Assembly (NCBI GenBank): GCA_035433165.1
Contig: DAORUL010000002.1
Coordinates: 5,687-49,109 of the forward strand
From: Thermomonas sp.
GTDB taxonomy: Bacteria > Pseudomonadota > Gammaproteobacteria > Xanthomonadales > Xanthomonadaceae
Length of the DNA: 43,423 bases
Direction of reading: 5' to 3'
Part shown: positions 18,703-26,892 of the stretch, piece by piece
How the letters are laid out: every line of letters starts with the position of its first letter
How positions within the stretch are numbered: the first letter of the stretch is position 1
The notes under the pieces: generated by a model
The model's database searches: none
The model's input: the letters and a program-made list of their open reading frames with translations, nothing else
Told to the model about the DNA's origin: nothing
Program-made: the position numbers and the translations under genes

Positions 18703-20484
18703 ATGCGAACCCAAGTCATGTCCTCAGCCAGCCTTGCCGTGCAGCCCAGCCACAACGACTTCCTGGGCCATCCCAAGGGCGTGTATGTCTGCTTTTTCAC
18801 CGAGATGTGGGAGCGGTTTTCGTTCTATGGCATGAAGGCGCTGCTGCTGCTCTATCTCACCAAGTACCACCTGTTTGGTGACAAGGCCGGGTTGGATTTG
18901 CTCGGCGCGTATGGCGGGCTGGTGTATTGCATTCCGGTGTTTGGCGGCTTGCTGGCCGACCGTTGGCTGGGGATGCGCAAGGCCGTGATCTTTGGCGGCA
19001 TCCTGCTGGTGGCAGGACATGTCGGGATGGCCTTCGAGGGCCACGCGGCCACCTTGCAACAGGGTGTGCCGGTACGTGATGAAGCATCACTGCGCATCAT
19101 GTATGCCTCGCTGGCACTGATCATCATGGGTGTGGGCTTTTTGAAGCCGAATATTTCCACCATCGTCGGCAAGCTCTACGCCGACAACGACCCGCGCCGC
19201 GATTCCGGGTTCTCGCTGTTCTATGCCGGCATCAATCTGGGCGCATTGTTCGCCTCGCTGGTGTGCGGTTATGTGGGCGAAACCTGGGGCTGGAAATATG
19301 GCTTTGGCGCCGCAGGCATTGGCATGTTGGCCGGGCTTGCGATGTTCGTGTGGGGCCAGCGCTACCTGCACGGGCACGCCGAGCCTGCCAACCCGGCCTT
19401 GCTGCGCGAGCGCGTGGCCGGGCTGCCGCGCGAATGGTTGATCTATGCCCTGGCGGTGCTGGGCGTGGTGCCGGTGGCATGGCTGATGTGGGCGGCGGCC
19501 AATGGCGCGTTTGCGCTGGGCGGTGAGGTGTCGCTGGCACTGCTATTGATGATTGTGGTGCTGGGTGCGGTGCTGCTGTGGTTTGCATGGTTCACCGGCA
19601 CGCAGTGCACACCGGTGCAACGGCAACAAATGATCGCGATGATGGTGCTGATCTTCATGGCGCTGGTGTTCTTCACCCTCTACGAGCAGACCTACGGCTC
19701 GTGGGTGACCTTCACTGATCGCCTGCTGAGCAAAGACATCGTGCCGGCGATGGTGGTGCGTGATGGCACGCCGTGGCCGTGGTCCACGTTGTCATTGCTG
19801 CTGGCACCGCTGGCGTTTTTCGTGGCGGCGCGCATGTCGGACCGCAACCCCGACTCCACTGCGCCGCGTGCACTGTTCCTTGCCGTGAGCGCACTCATCA
19901 TCGTGCTGCTGGTACGCGACTGCGTGGCGCTGCCGCAAACCGCCGGCTCGCTGACTTATCTCGGCGCGTTCTTCCTGGTGGCCTTGGCCCCCTTGTTTGC
20001 CGGGCTGTGGGGCTGGCTGGACAAGCGCGGGCTGGATCCATCGAAGCCCACCAAATCCGCATTTGGGTTGCTGTTCGGCGGGCTGTCATTTGTCCCGATG
20101 GCACTGGCCGCGCAACAGGTGGGCGCTACCGGCGCGATGGCCAGCGTGTGGTGGCTGGTGCTGGCGTATCTGGTGCTTGAAATCGGCGAAATGTGCCTGT
20201 CGCCGGTGGGCCTGTCGGCCGTCACGCAGCTGGCCATGCCGCGCGTGGTCAGCCTGATGATGGGCACCTGGTTCCTCGCCACGGCGTTTTCGGAAACGCT
20301 GGCAGCGTTGTTCGGCAAACTGGCAGCGATTGATGTGCCGGAAGGCGAAACACTGAACATGGTGACCGCCGCCGCCAAATACGAGCACCTGTTCTGGCTG
20401 ATGATGTGGATTGGGCTTGGCTGCGCGGCATTGGCCTTCCTCGCCGCACCACTGTTGCGGCGGATGATGCATGGGGTGAAGTAA
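18703..20484 (+). CDS. POT/PTR family proton-dependent di/tripeptide transporter
   Basis: GHPKG, EMWERFSFYG, GGLLADRWLG, FLKPNIST, FYAGINLG, GEMCLSPVGLS; start 18703 or 18718; TATACT at 18686. Confidence 0.92.
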   Translation: MRTQVMSSASLAVQPSHNDFLGHPKGVYVCFFTEMWERFSFYGMKALLLLYLTKYHLFGDKAGLDLLGAYGGLVYCIPVFGGLLADRWLGMRKAVIFGGILLVAGHVGMAFEGHAATLQQGVPVRDEASLRIMYASLALIIMGVGFLKPNISTIVGKLYADNDPRRDSGFSLFYAGINLGALFASLVCGYVGETWGWKYGFGAAGIGMLAGLAMFVWGQRYLHGHAEPANPALLRERVAGLPREWLIYALAVLGVVPVAWLMWAAANGAFALGGEVSLALLLMIVVLGAVLLWFAWFTGTQCTPVQRQQMIAMMVLIFMALVFFTLYEQTYGSWVTFTDRLLSKDIVPAMVVRDGTPWPWSTLSLLLAPLAFFVAARMSDRNPDSTAPRALFLAVSALIIVLLVRDCVALPQTAGSLTYLGAFFLVALAPLFAGLWGWLDKRGLDPSKPTKSAFGLLFGGLSFVPMALAAQQVGATGAMASVWWLVLAYLVLEIGEMCLSPVGLSAVTQLAMPRVVSLMMGTWFLATAFSETLAALFGKLAAIDVPEGETLNMVTAAAKYEHLFWLMMWIGLGCAALAFLAAPLLRRMMHGVK

Positions 20485-20559
20485 GCCTGAACCTGCCAAC
20501 CGACAGAGCGGCAGGGCGCTGCTAAACTCCGGCATCGTCTTCACAACGAGTACTACCGC

Positions 20560-22569
20560 ATGCTGCAGCACCGTCCGTTGGTCTTCGCCCTTGCCGTCGC
20601 TCTAGCAGTCGGTGTCGCTTCGCCGCAAAGTATCGCCGCCAAGAAGCATGCCTCCAGCAAATCGAAGACCCCGGCGGCGTCACTGGCCTGCACGGATTTC
20701 TATGCCGAAGCCAACAGGAGCTGGCTTGGCGCCAACCCGATTCCAAAATCCGGCGCAGTATCTGCGCTGGGGCAATTGACCGCACGCGCGCAACAGCAGC
20801 AACGGGATTTGCTGGATGCCGCCATGCGTGCGCCGCAAGGCAAAGTGCAACAATTGCTTGGGGATTTCTGGGCCAGTGGCTTGGACGAGGCTGCCGTAGA
20901 GAAAGATGGTGCAGCACCGGTTGCACCGCTGCTGCAACGCATCGATGCCATTCGCAAGACTGGTGATATCGCTCCCGCCCTCGCCGCTCTCCATCAAGTG
21001 GGCATTCCGGTGGCCTTCGGCTTCAATGCCGACATCGATTTGCGCGATCTGGATCGCCATCTTGGCTATTTCAGCCAAGGCGGCCTTGGCCTGCCCGACC
21101 CCGCCTACTACACGCGCAGCGATGCCGATACCAAAGCACTGGTCTCGCGCTATGCCGACTACATGCGCAAGATTCTTGCATTGACCGGCGTGGCCAAGAA
21201 AGACATCGAGACCCAGACCGCGTTAGCACTGGATTTGGAAACCCGCATCGCGCGCGCAACACGACCGTTGGTTGAATTACGCGACCCACGCAATAATTTT
21301 GCGCCGGTCGCCACTGCCGGCCTTGGCAAGCAATACAAGAATCTGCAACTGGATGCTTTCCTCAAGGCGCAAGGCGTCAGCGACGACAGCGTGTCACTGG
21401 CGAACCCGGCCCTGTTCGAGCAACTCGACAGCCTGGTTGGCAAGCTCAAGCCCGCGCAGTGGCAAGCCTATTTGCGCTGGCGCGCGGGTGATGCGATGGC
21501 ACCGTATTTGTCCAGACCGTGGCGCGATGCCGCCTTCGATTTCCGTGGCAAAGTGCTGCTGGGTCAGACCGAACCAGCACCGCGCTGGCAGCAGGTATTG
21601 GATGCCATCAATCTGGCCGCAGGCCCGATGCTGGGCAAGGAATACGCTGCAACTTATCTGCCGGATGCCAGCCGCAAGCGGGCTGAGCTGATCGCCGATC
21701 AAGTGCGTGATGCCTTGCTCAAAGCGATTGAAGATGGGCCAGAACTGGACGCCGCAGGCAAGGCCGAAGCGCGCAAGAAACTGAAACATCTAGGTATCGA
21801 AATTGGCACCCCACGCCGCGATTTGGACTACACCGTGCAACCGATGGGTCGCGGCAGCTTTGGCGGCAACATGCTGATTGCATCGACATGGCGGCATGCA
21901 CAGGAGATGAAGCGCATTGGCAAGGGCAATGCCGACCGACGCTGGGATGTGCTGCCGCAGCAGCCGGCACTGGCCTATGACCTGGCACACAACCGTTTGA
22001 TCGTGACTGCGGCGATGTTGCAAGCGCCGGTACTGGATGCCAGTCAAACACCGGCGCAGCAATATGGCGCGTTCGGCGCGCTGGTCGGGCACGAACTCAG
22101 CCATGCCATGGATGCACGCGGCCGCCATGTGGATGCCGATGGCAATGTGCGTGACTGGTGGAGCAATGATGTCGCCAATCACTGGACTGCGCTCACCAGC
22201 AAAGTCGCTGCGCTGTATGCCAGCCTGCCCTATCCGGGAGCCAATGGGGTCAAGGTCTCCAGCAGCTTGACCAGTGATGAAAATCTGGCCGACCTTGCAG
22301 GTGTCGAACTGGCACATGCCGCCTTCCTGGCATCGGAGCCCAAACCCGGCACCGCACAAGAGCGCCAGTTCTTCGGCGGTTGGGCGCAACTGTGGGCACA
22401 GCAAGTGGCCAGTGATGAGGCGCTGATTCGTGCGCAGCAGGACGTGCGCGCACCCGGCCAATGGCGCGCCAATGTGCCGCTGATGCAGCAACCCGCATTC
22501 GCTACGGCCTATACCTGCAAGACCGGCTCGCCAATGGCACCTGCGTCGCGGATTGACGTTTTCAAATAG
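20560..22569 (+). CDS. Exported M13 (neprilysin-like) metallopeptidase, divergent
   Basis: Signal peptide, CTDFY, GGLGLPD, HELSH, ENLAD; NAYY and the C-terminal His motif are altered. Confidence 0.88.
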   Translation: MLQHRPLVFALAVALAVGVASPQSIAAKKHASSKSKTPAASLACTDFYAEANRSWLGANPIPKSGAVSALGQLTARAQQQQRDLLDAAMRAPQGKVQQLLGDFWASGLDEAAVEKDGAAPVAPLLQRIDAIRKTGDIAPALAALHQVGIPVAFGFNADIDLRDLDRHLGYFSQGGLGLPDPAYYTRSDADTKALVSRYADYMRKILALTGVAKKDIETQTALALDLETRIARATRPLVELRDPRNNFAPVATAGLGKQYKNLQLDAFLKAQGVSDDSVSLANPALFEQLDSLVGKLKPAQWQAYLRWRAGDAMAPYLSRPWRDAAFDFRGKVLLGQTEPAPRWQQVLDAINLAAGPMLGKEYAATYLPDASRKRAELIADQVRDALLKAIEDGPELDAAGKAEARKKLKHLGIEIGTPRRDLDYTVQPMGRGSFGGNMLIASTWRHAQEMKRIGKGNADRRWDVLPQQPALAYDLAHNRLIVTAAMLQAPVLDASQTPAQQYGAFGALVGHELSHAMDARGRHVDADGNVRDWWSNDVANHWTALTSKVAALYASLPYPGANGVKVSSSLTSDENLADLAGVELAHAAFLASEPKPGTAQERQFFGGWAQLWAQQVASDEALIRAQQDVRAPGQWRANVPLMQQPAFATAYTCKTGSPMAPASRIDVFK

Positions 22570-22590
22570 GCATTTGATACGCTGGAATGA

Positions 22591-22611
22591 GCGCTGAGTA
22601 TTGCTCGGCGC
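22591..22611 (+). terminator. Hairpin after the M13 gene
   Basis: GCGCTGAG-TATTG-CTCGGCGC with one G-U pair; no U-tract. Confidence 0.35.
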
Positions 22612-22620
22612 ACCATCCGA

Positions 22621-23925
22621 TTGTTGCCTGCCCGCATCCAAGACTTGGCCCCGTTGAAGTTCATCTTGCCCGCGCCGTACCCCCTTCTTGTCGGCTTCAG
22701 CGGCGGTCTGGATTCGACGGTGTTGCTGCATCTGCTTGCCAGTGATGCCGCCGTGCGAAGGCAGGGCTTGCGTGCGGTTCACGTGCATCACGGCTTGCAC
22801 CCAGCGGCCGATCAGTGGGCCGCACATTGCCAACGCGCGTGTGATGCCTTGTCGGTGCCATTGACGCTGGCGCGAGTACAGGTGGATAGCCGCAGCGGGC
22901 TGGGTTTGGAAGCTGCGGCGCGGGCGGCGCGACATGCGGCATTTGCCAACGCCATGGCGACCGATGACATTCTGGTGTTGGCCCATCATCAGGACGATCA
23001 AGCCGAAACCTTCCTGCTGCGGGCCCTGCGCGGCTCCGGGGTGGATGGGCTGGCGGCGATGCGCGATTGGCGCGCATTCGCGCACGGCTGGTTATGGCGG
23101 CCGTTGTTGAATTTCCCGCGCGAACAGTTGCAGGCACTTGCACAGCGCGAAGACCTGCACTGGATCGACGACCCCAGCAACACCGACACCGGGTTTGATC
23201 GCAATTTCCTGCGCAATCAGGTGTTGCCGATGCTGCACCAGCGCTGGCCGCACGCGGCGGCGGCCTTCGCCCGCAGCGCCGCACTTTGTACCGATGCCGC
23301 ACAGTTGCTGCACATCGAGGATAGCAAGGCACTGACCGAGGTTGCGGTGGATGCCCACACCTTGCGTGTGACGGGCTTGCTGCAGCTGGCTCCATCGCGC
23401 CGCGCCCGCGTGTTGCGGCACTGGATCGCCACATTGCAGCTGCCGCCGCTGCCCGGCAACGGGATTGCGAGGATCGAATCCGATTTACTGTCGGCACGCA
23501 GGGATGCCAACGCACGTTTCGAATGGAACGATGCCTGTGTGCAACGCTGGCGTGACCTGCTGCATGCCGACCGCATTCGCCCATCGCTTGCGCTGGATTT
23601 TTCGCAACAGTGGGATGGCAGGCAGCCGCTGCAATTGCCGAATGGCGACAGCCTCCGGCTGATCGGCGTTGATGCATTTGAAGCGCCCGTGCACGTTCAT
23701 GCCCGCCAAGGCGGGGAGCGCATTGTGTTGCCAAAGCGCATCCATTCGCATGCACTCAAGCATGTGCTGCAAGCGGCCGGCATGCCGCCGTGGCAGCGGC
23801 AACGGCTGCCGCTGTTATCGGCAGGCAGCACCCTGCTGGCCGCCGGCGACAGCGTGGTGTCCGCACAATTGCACGCTTGGCTGCAGGCATACGGCGCGCA
23901 GCTGCAATGGACGCAGCTGGCGTAA
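22621..23925 (+). CDS. tilS: tRNA(Ile)-lysidine synthetase TilS (start uncertain)
   Basis: PP-loop SGGLDS, HVHHGL, EAAARAAR, AHHQDDQAETFL, DDPSN, RNFLR. Confidence 0.96.
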   Translation: MLPARIQDLAPLKFILPAPYPLLVGFSGGLDSTVLLHLLASDAAVRRQGLRAVHVHHGLHPAADQWAAHCQRACDALSVPLTLARVQVDSRSGLGLEAAARAARHAAFANAMATDDILVLAHHQDDQAETFLLRALRGSGVDGLAAMRDWRAFAHGWLWRPLLNFPREQLQALAQREDLHWIDDPSNTDTGFDRNFLRNQVLPMLHQRWPHAAAAFARSAALCTDAAQLLHIEDSKALTEVAVDAHTLRVTGLLQLAPSRRARVLRHWIATLQLPPLPGNGIARIESDLLSARRDANARFEWNDACVQRWRDLLHADRIRPSLALDFSQQWDGRQPLQLPNGDSLRLIGVDAFEAPVHVHARQGGERIVLPKRIHSHALKHVLQAAGMPPWQRQRLPLLSAGSTLLAAGDSVVSAQLHAWLQAYGAQLQWTQLA

Positions 23926-23934
23926 ACTTCACCC

Positions 23935-24192
23935 ATGGCGAAGAAATCTGCACCCGAACCCTCCCCCGTGGCCGACTTCGAACAGTCGCTTCTCGCATTG
24001 GAGTCGCTGGTTGGCACGATGGAAGCCGGCGACATGAGCTTGGAGGAATCGTTGGCCGCCTACGAGCGCGGGGTCGGCTTGTATCGGCATTGCCAACTGG
24101 CACTGGAACAGGCCGAGTTGCGCGTGCGCCAACTCAGCGATCCCGCCAAGCCCGAAGCTGCCACCGATTTTGAAGCCGGCGACCATGCCTGA
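23935..24192 (+). CDS. xseB: Exodeoxyribonuclease VII small subunit
   Basis: [12 protein letters not shown]...[18 protein letters not shown]...LEQAELRV; precedes ispA. Confidence 0.95.
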   Translation: MAKKSAPEPSPVADFEQSLLALESLVGTMEAGDMSLEESLAAYERGVGLYRHCQLALEQAELRVRQLSDPAKPEAATDFEAGDHA

Positions 24193-25138
24193 GTCCGCAT
24201 TCTCCGAGTGGATCCGGCGTACTGAAGCGACCCTGAGCAACGCCTTACCAGACCCCGCCGCGGCACCGCAACGGCTGCACGCAGCGATGCGCCATGCCGT
24301 ACTCAACGGCGGCAAACGGATGCGCCCTTTACTGGTATACGCCACCGGCGCCGCACTGGGTGCCACAGCGGCGTCACTGGATGCTGCCGCCGCCGCAGTG
24401 GAGTTGATCCACTGCTATTCACTGGTGCACGACGATTTACCGGCGATGGATGACGATGCGCTGCGGCGTGGCCAGCCCACCGTGCATGTGGCGTTCGATG
24501 AAGCCACCGCGATTCTGGCCGGTGACGCACTGCAAACGCTGGCCTTCGCCGTGTTGGCCAACGCGCCACAGGACGCAGCGCAGCGCGTGGCGATGCTTGC
24601 CGAATTGGCCCGCGCCAGTGGCGTTGCCGGCATGTGTGGCGGGCAGGCACTGGATATCGACGCGACGGGAGCAAAAGGGGGTCAGAGTCATATTTTCGAC
24701 CGGAATGATTCGACCGATGATGCTTCTCGTCCGAAAAATGACTCTGACCCCCTTTTGCTCCTCACTGAACTCGAACACCTGCACGCACTGAAAACCGGAG
24801 CGCTGTTGCGTTGTGCAGTGCGTCTGGGGGCGTTGGCGGCCAATGCCGATGCATCGAGATGTGCGGCGCTGGATCGCTATGCCGATGCACTGGGGTTGGC
24901 GTTCCAGATTCGCGATGACTTGCTGGATATCGAAGGCGATGCTGCGACCTTGGGCAAGACCGCAGGCAAAGACGCGGCGCAAGAAAAAGCCACCTTCCCG
25001 GCGCTGCTGGGGGTGGCGGCCAGCCGTGCGCGCCTGCAGGAACTTGCGGCCAGCATGCAGGCCGCACTGGACAGCATGGATACCGATACGCACGCTTTGG
25101 CAGCACTGGCGCACAAGGTCATCCATCGCAGCCATTGA
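24185..25138 (+). CDS. ispA: Farnesyl diphosphate synthase IspA with an in-frame insertion
   Basis: [47 protein letters not shown]; extra segment between GQ and KT motifs. Confidence 0.95.
   Translation: MPESAFSEWIRRTEATLSNALPDPAAAPQRLHAAMRHAVLNGGKRMRPLLVYATGAALGATAASLDAAAAAVELIHCYSLVHDDLPAMDDDALRRGQPTVHVAFDEATAILAGDALQTLAFAVLANAPQDAAQRVAMLAELARASGVAGMCGGQALDIDATGAKGGQSHIFDRNDSTDDASRPKNDSDPLLLLTELEHLHALKTGALLRCAVRLGALAANADASRCAALDRYADALGLAFQIRDDLLDIEGDAATLGKTAGKDAAQEKATFPALLGVAASRARLQELAASMQAALDSMDTDTHALAALAHKVIHRSH
24668..24761. repeat. 94-bp palindromic (MITE/REP-like) element inside ispA
   Basis: Perfect 24-bp inverted repeat GGAGCAAAAGGGGGTCAGAGTCAT (24668-24691) / ATGACTCTGACCCCCTTTTGCTCC (24738-24761), extended by TTTTCG/CGAAAA after a 1-nt bulge; 47/94 GC by hand count. 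Confidence 0.88.
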
Positions 25139-25164
25139 TCTGCTGCGCGAGTCGCACAGCAGAT
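25138..25164. terminator. Hairpin between convergent ispA and eptA
   Basis: ATCTGCTGCGCGA-G-TCGCACAGCAGAT; the single C-A mismatch is G-U on the minus strand. Confidence 0.55.
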
Positions 25165-25176
25165 ACGCCTAAGGCA

Positions 25177-26805
25177 TCAAGGCTGCCGGCAGCCCGCCAG
25201 CAAATCCTTGTCCTTGCGGTACACCGCTGTCTGCACGTCAAACGCGCCCAGCACGGTGGAGAACAGATTGTCGTGGCTGGCTGGCTGGCGGGCCAGCTTC
25301 TGCAGGCACGCCATATCGAGGCCAGTATCGGTGGCAAACCCGGGCGATAGCCACAGCGTCAGTGGCACGTGCAGTTGTTGCCTGGGCGCGATGGCATACG
25401 GCGCACCATGCAGGTACAGCCCATATTCGCCCAACGATTCGCCATGGTCGGATACATACAGCATTGCCGCATCGCGCTGGGTTTGTGCTTGCAACAGGTC
25501 GATCAAATGCGCCAGCACGCTATCGGAATACAGGATTGCATTGTCGTAGGCATTCGCGATTTGAGCCTGCGTGCAGCGGCTCAGCTCAGGGGTTTTGCAG
25601 ACGGGTGTCCAGCGCTCGAATGCGGGCGGGTAGCGCTCAAAATAATTCGGCCCGTGGTTGCCCAGCATATGCAACACGATGATCACATCACCCGGCATGG
25701 CATCCAGCTTGGCCTGCAAACCGGACAACAGGATTTCATCGAAGCAGCGCCCAGCCGCGCACAAATTGGCGGCATCGTCCGGACCCATGGTGTGCGATTG
25801 CACGCCGATGCAAATACCCTTGCAGCCGGATTGATTATCGCGCCAGAGCACTTGCACGCCGGCGCGTGCGGCCACGTCCAGCACCGATTCATGCCCGCGA
25901 ATGGCATCGCGGTCGTAATGCTCACGGCCTTGCGGCGAGAACATGCATGGCAGCGAAACTTCGGTGCTGGTGCCACAGGCGGTGACGTCGGGGAAATTCA
26001 GCACATTGCGCTTGGCAAGCTCAGGGGTCGTCTGGCGTGCATAACCGTTCAACCCCCAATGATCGCCGCGCACGGTTTCACCCACTGCCAGCACCAGCAA
26101 GCGTGGCTTACGCGTGGCCGCCGCAGCAGGCCGCTTGGCATCGGCACCCACCACTTGGCGCGGGCCGCTGTTGGCTTTCTTCGACGGTTTGATCACATTG
26201 ATCAGTGACACGATGTAGTTGCCCGGGGTGATTTTGTAGCGCAGCACTTTGTCGGTCCGCATCAGCGCAAACACGCCCTGCGAAGACACCCCCACCGCCG
26301 CACCGGCCAGCAGCAGCATCGCCAGCAAAAACCCGCCACGCACCAGCAAGCCGCGCTTCCAGCTACGCGGCTTGCTGCGGGTCAGCAGCACCAACACGGC
26401 GGGCACAATGCCCAACAACACCACATGCAACAGCATGCCAACCGTCATCAGCTCGCGGCTTTCGGCCACATCGGTATGCAGCACATTGCGGATCATCTCC
26501 GCATCAAACACCACGGCAAAGCGGGTCATGTACCAATGTGCCAGCGCGGTGACGACCAGCAACAGCGCCAACAGTGGCCGCGCCAGGCGGCCCCAGCACA
26601 GCAGGCCAAGGATCAACGCATGCAGGGCGAATACCGCCACGCCCAGCGACACCATCACGGGAGTCGAACTGGTGCCGGCACGCACCGCCGCCCACAAGGG
26701 GCCATTCGTCACCAACAGAAAATAGGCGCTGACCAATGCAATCAGCACCTCTACCGAGACTTGCGGCCGCCACCAGCGGTTATCGCCACGTTGGTTCGCT
26801 GTCAC
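25177..26805 (-). CDS. eptA: Lipid A phosphoethanolamine transferase (EptA family)
   Basis: Five N-terminal TMs, VGETVR, catalytic Thr in CGTSTEVSLPCMFS, HMLGNHGP, YDNAILY, SDHGESLGE. Confidence 0.9.
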   Translation of the reverse strand: MTANQRGDNRWWRPQVSVEVLIALVSAYFLLVTNGPLWAAVRAGTSSTPVMVSLGVAVFALHALILGLLCWGRLARPLLALLLVVTALAHWYMTRFAVVFDAEMIRNVLHTDVAESRELMTVGMLLHVVLLGIVPAVLVLLTRSKPRSWKRGLLVRGGFLLAMLLLAGAAVGVSSQGVFALMRTDKVLRYKITPGNYIVSLINVIKPSKKANSGPRQVVGADAKRPAAAATRKPRLLVLAVGETVRGDHWGLNGYARQTTPELAKRNVLNFPDVTACGTSTEVSLPCMFSPQGREHYDRDAIRGHESVLDVAARAGVQVLWRDNQSGCKGICIGVQSHTMGPDDAANLCAAGRCFDEILLSGLQAKLDAMPGDVIIVLHMLGNHGPNYFERYPPAFERWTPVCKTPELSRCTQAQIANAYDNAILYSDSVLAHLIDLLQAQTQRDAAMLYVSDHGESLGEYGLYLHGAPYAIAPRQQLHVPLTLWLSPGFATDTGLDMACLQKLARQPASHDNLFSTVLGAFDVQTAVYRKDKDLLAGCRQP

Positions 26806-26892
26806 GTCTTACCTGCCCTCGATGGTTGCCGATCATGGCGGGCGACAGTAGCACCAATGCCAAAGCCGCCCAACTGCCATCCGTGCCCGGCG

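Noticed and set aside
18025-18800. Apparent long overlap of the OPT (734 aa) and POT (819 aa) ORFs
   Set aside because: Artefact of longest-ORF calling; family motifs begin after 18587 (minus) and 18703 (plus), leaving a normal divergent gap.
24668-24761. ispA as a pseudogene or an autonomous IS insertion
   Set aside because: The frame and all catalytic motifs are intact, and the element is too short to encode a transposase.
25138-25177. Absence of dxs after xseB-ispA
   Set aside because: The E. coli xseB-ispA-dxs order is not universal, and absence from one window says nothing about the genome.
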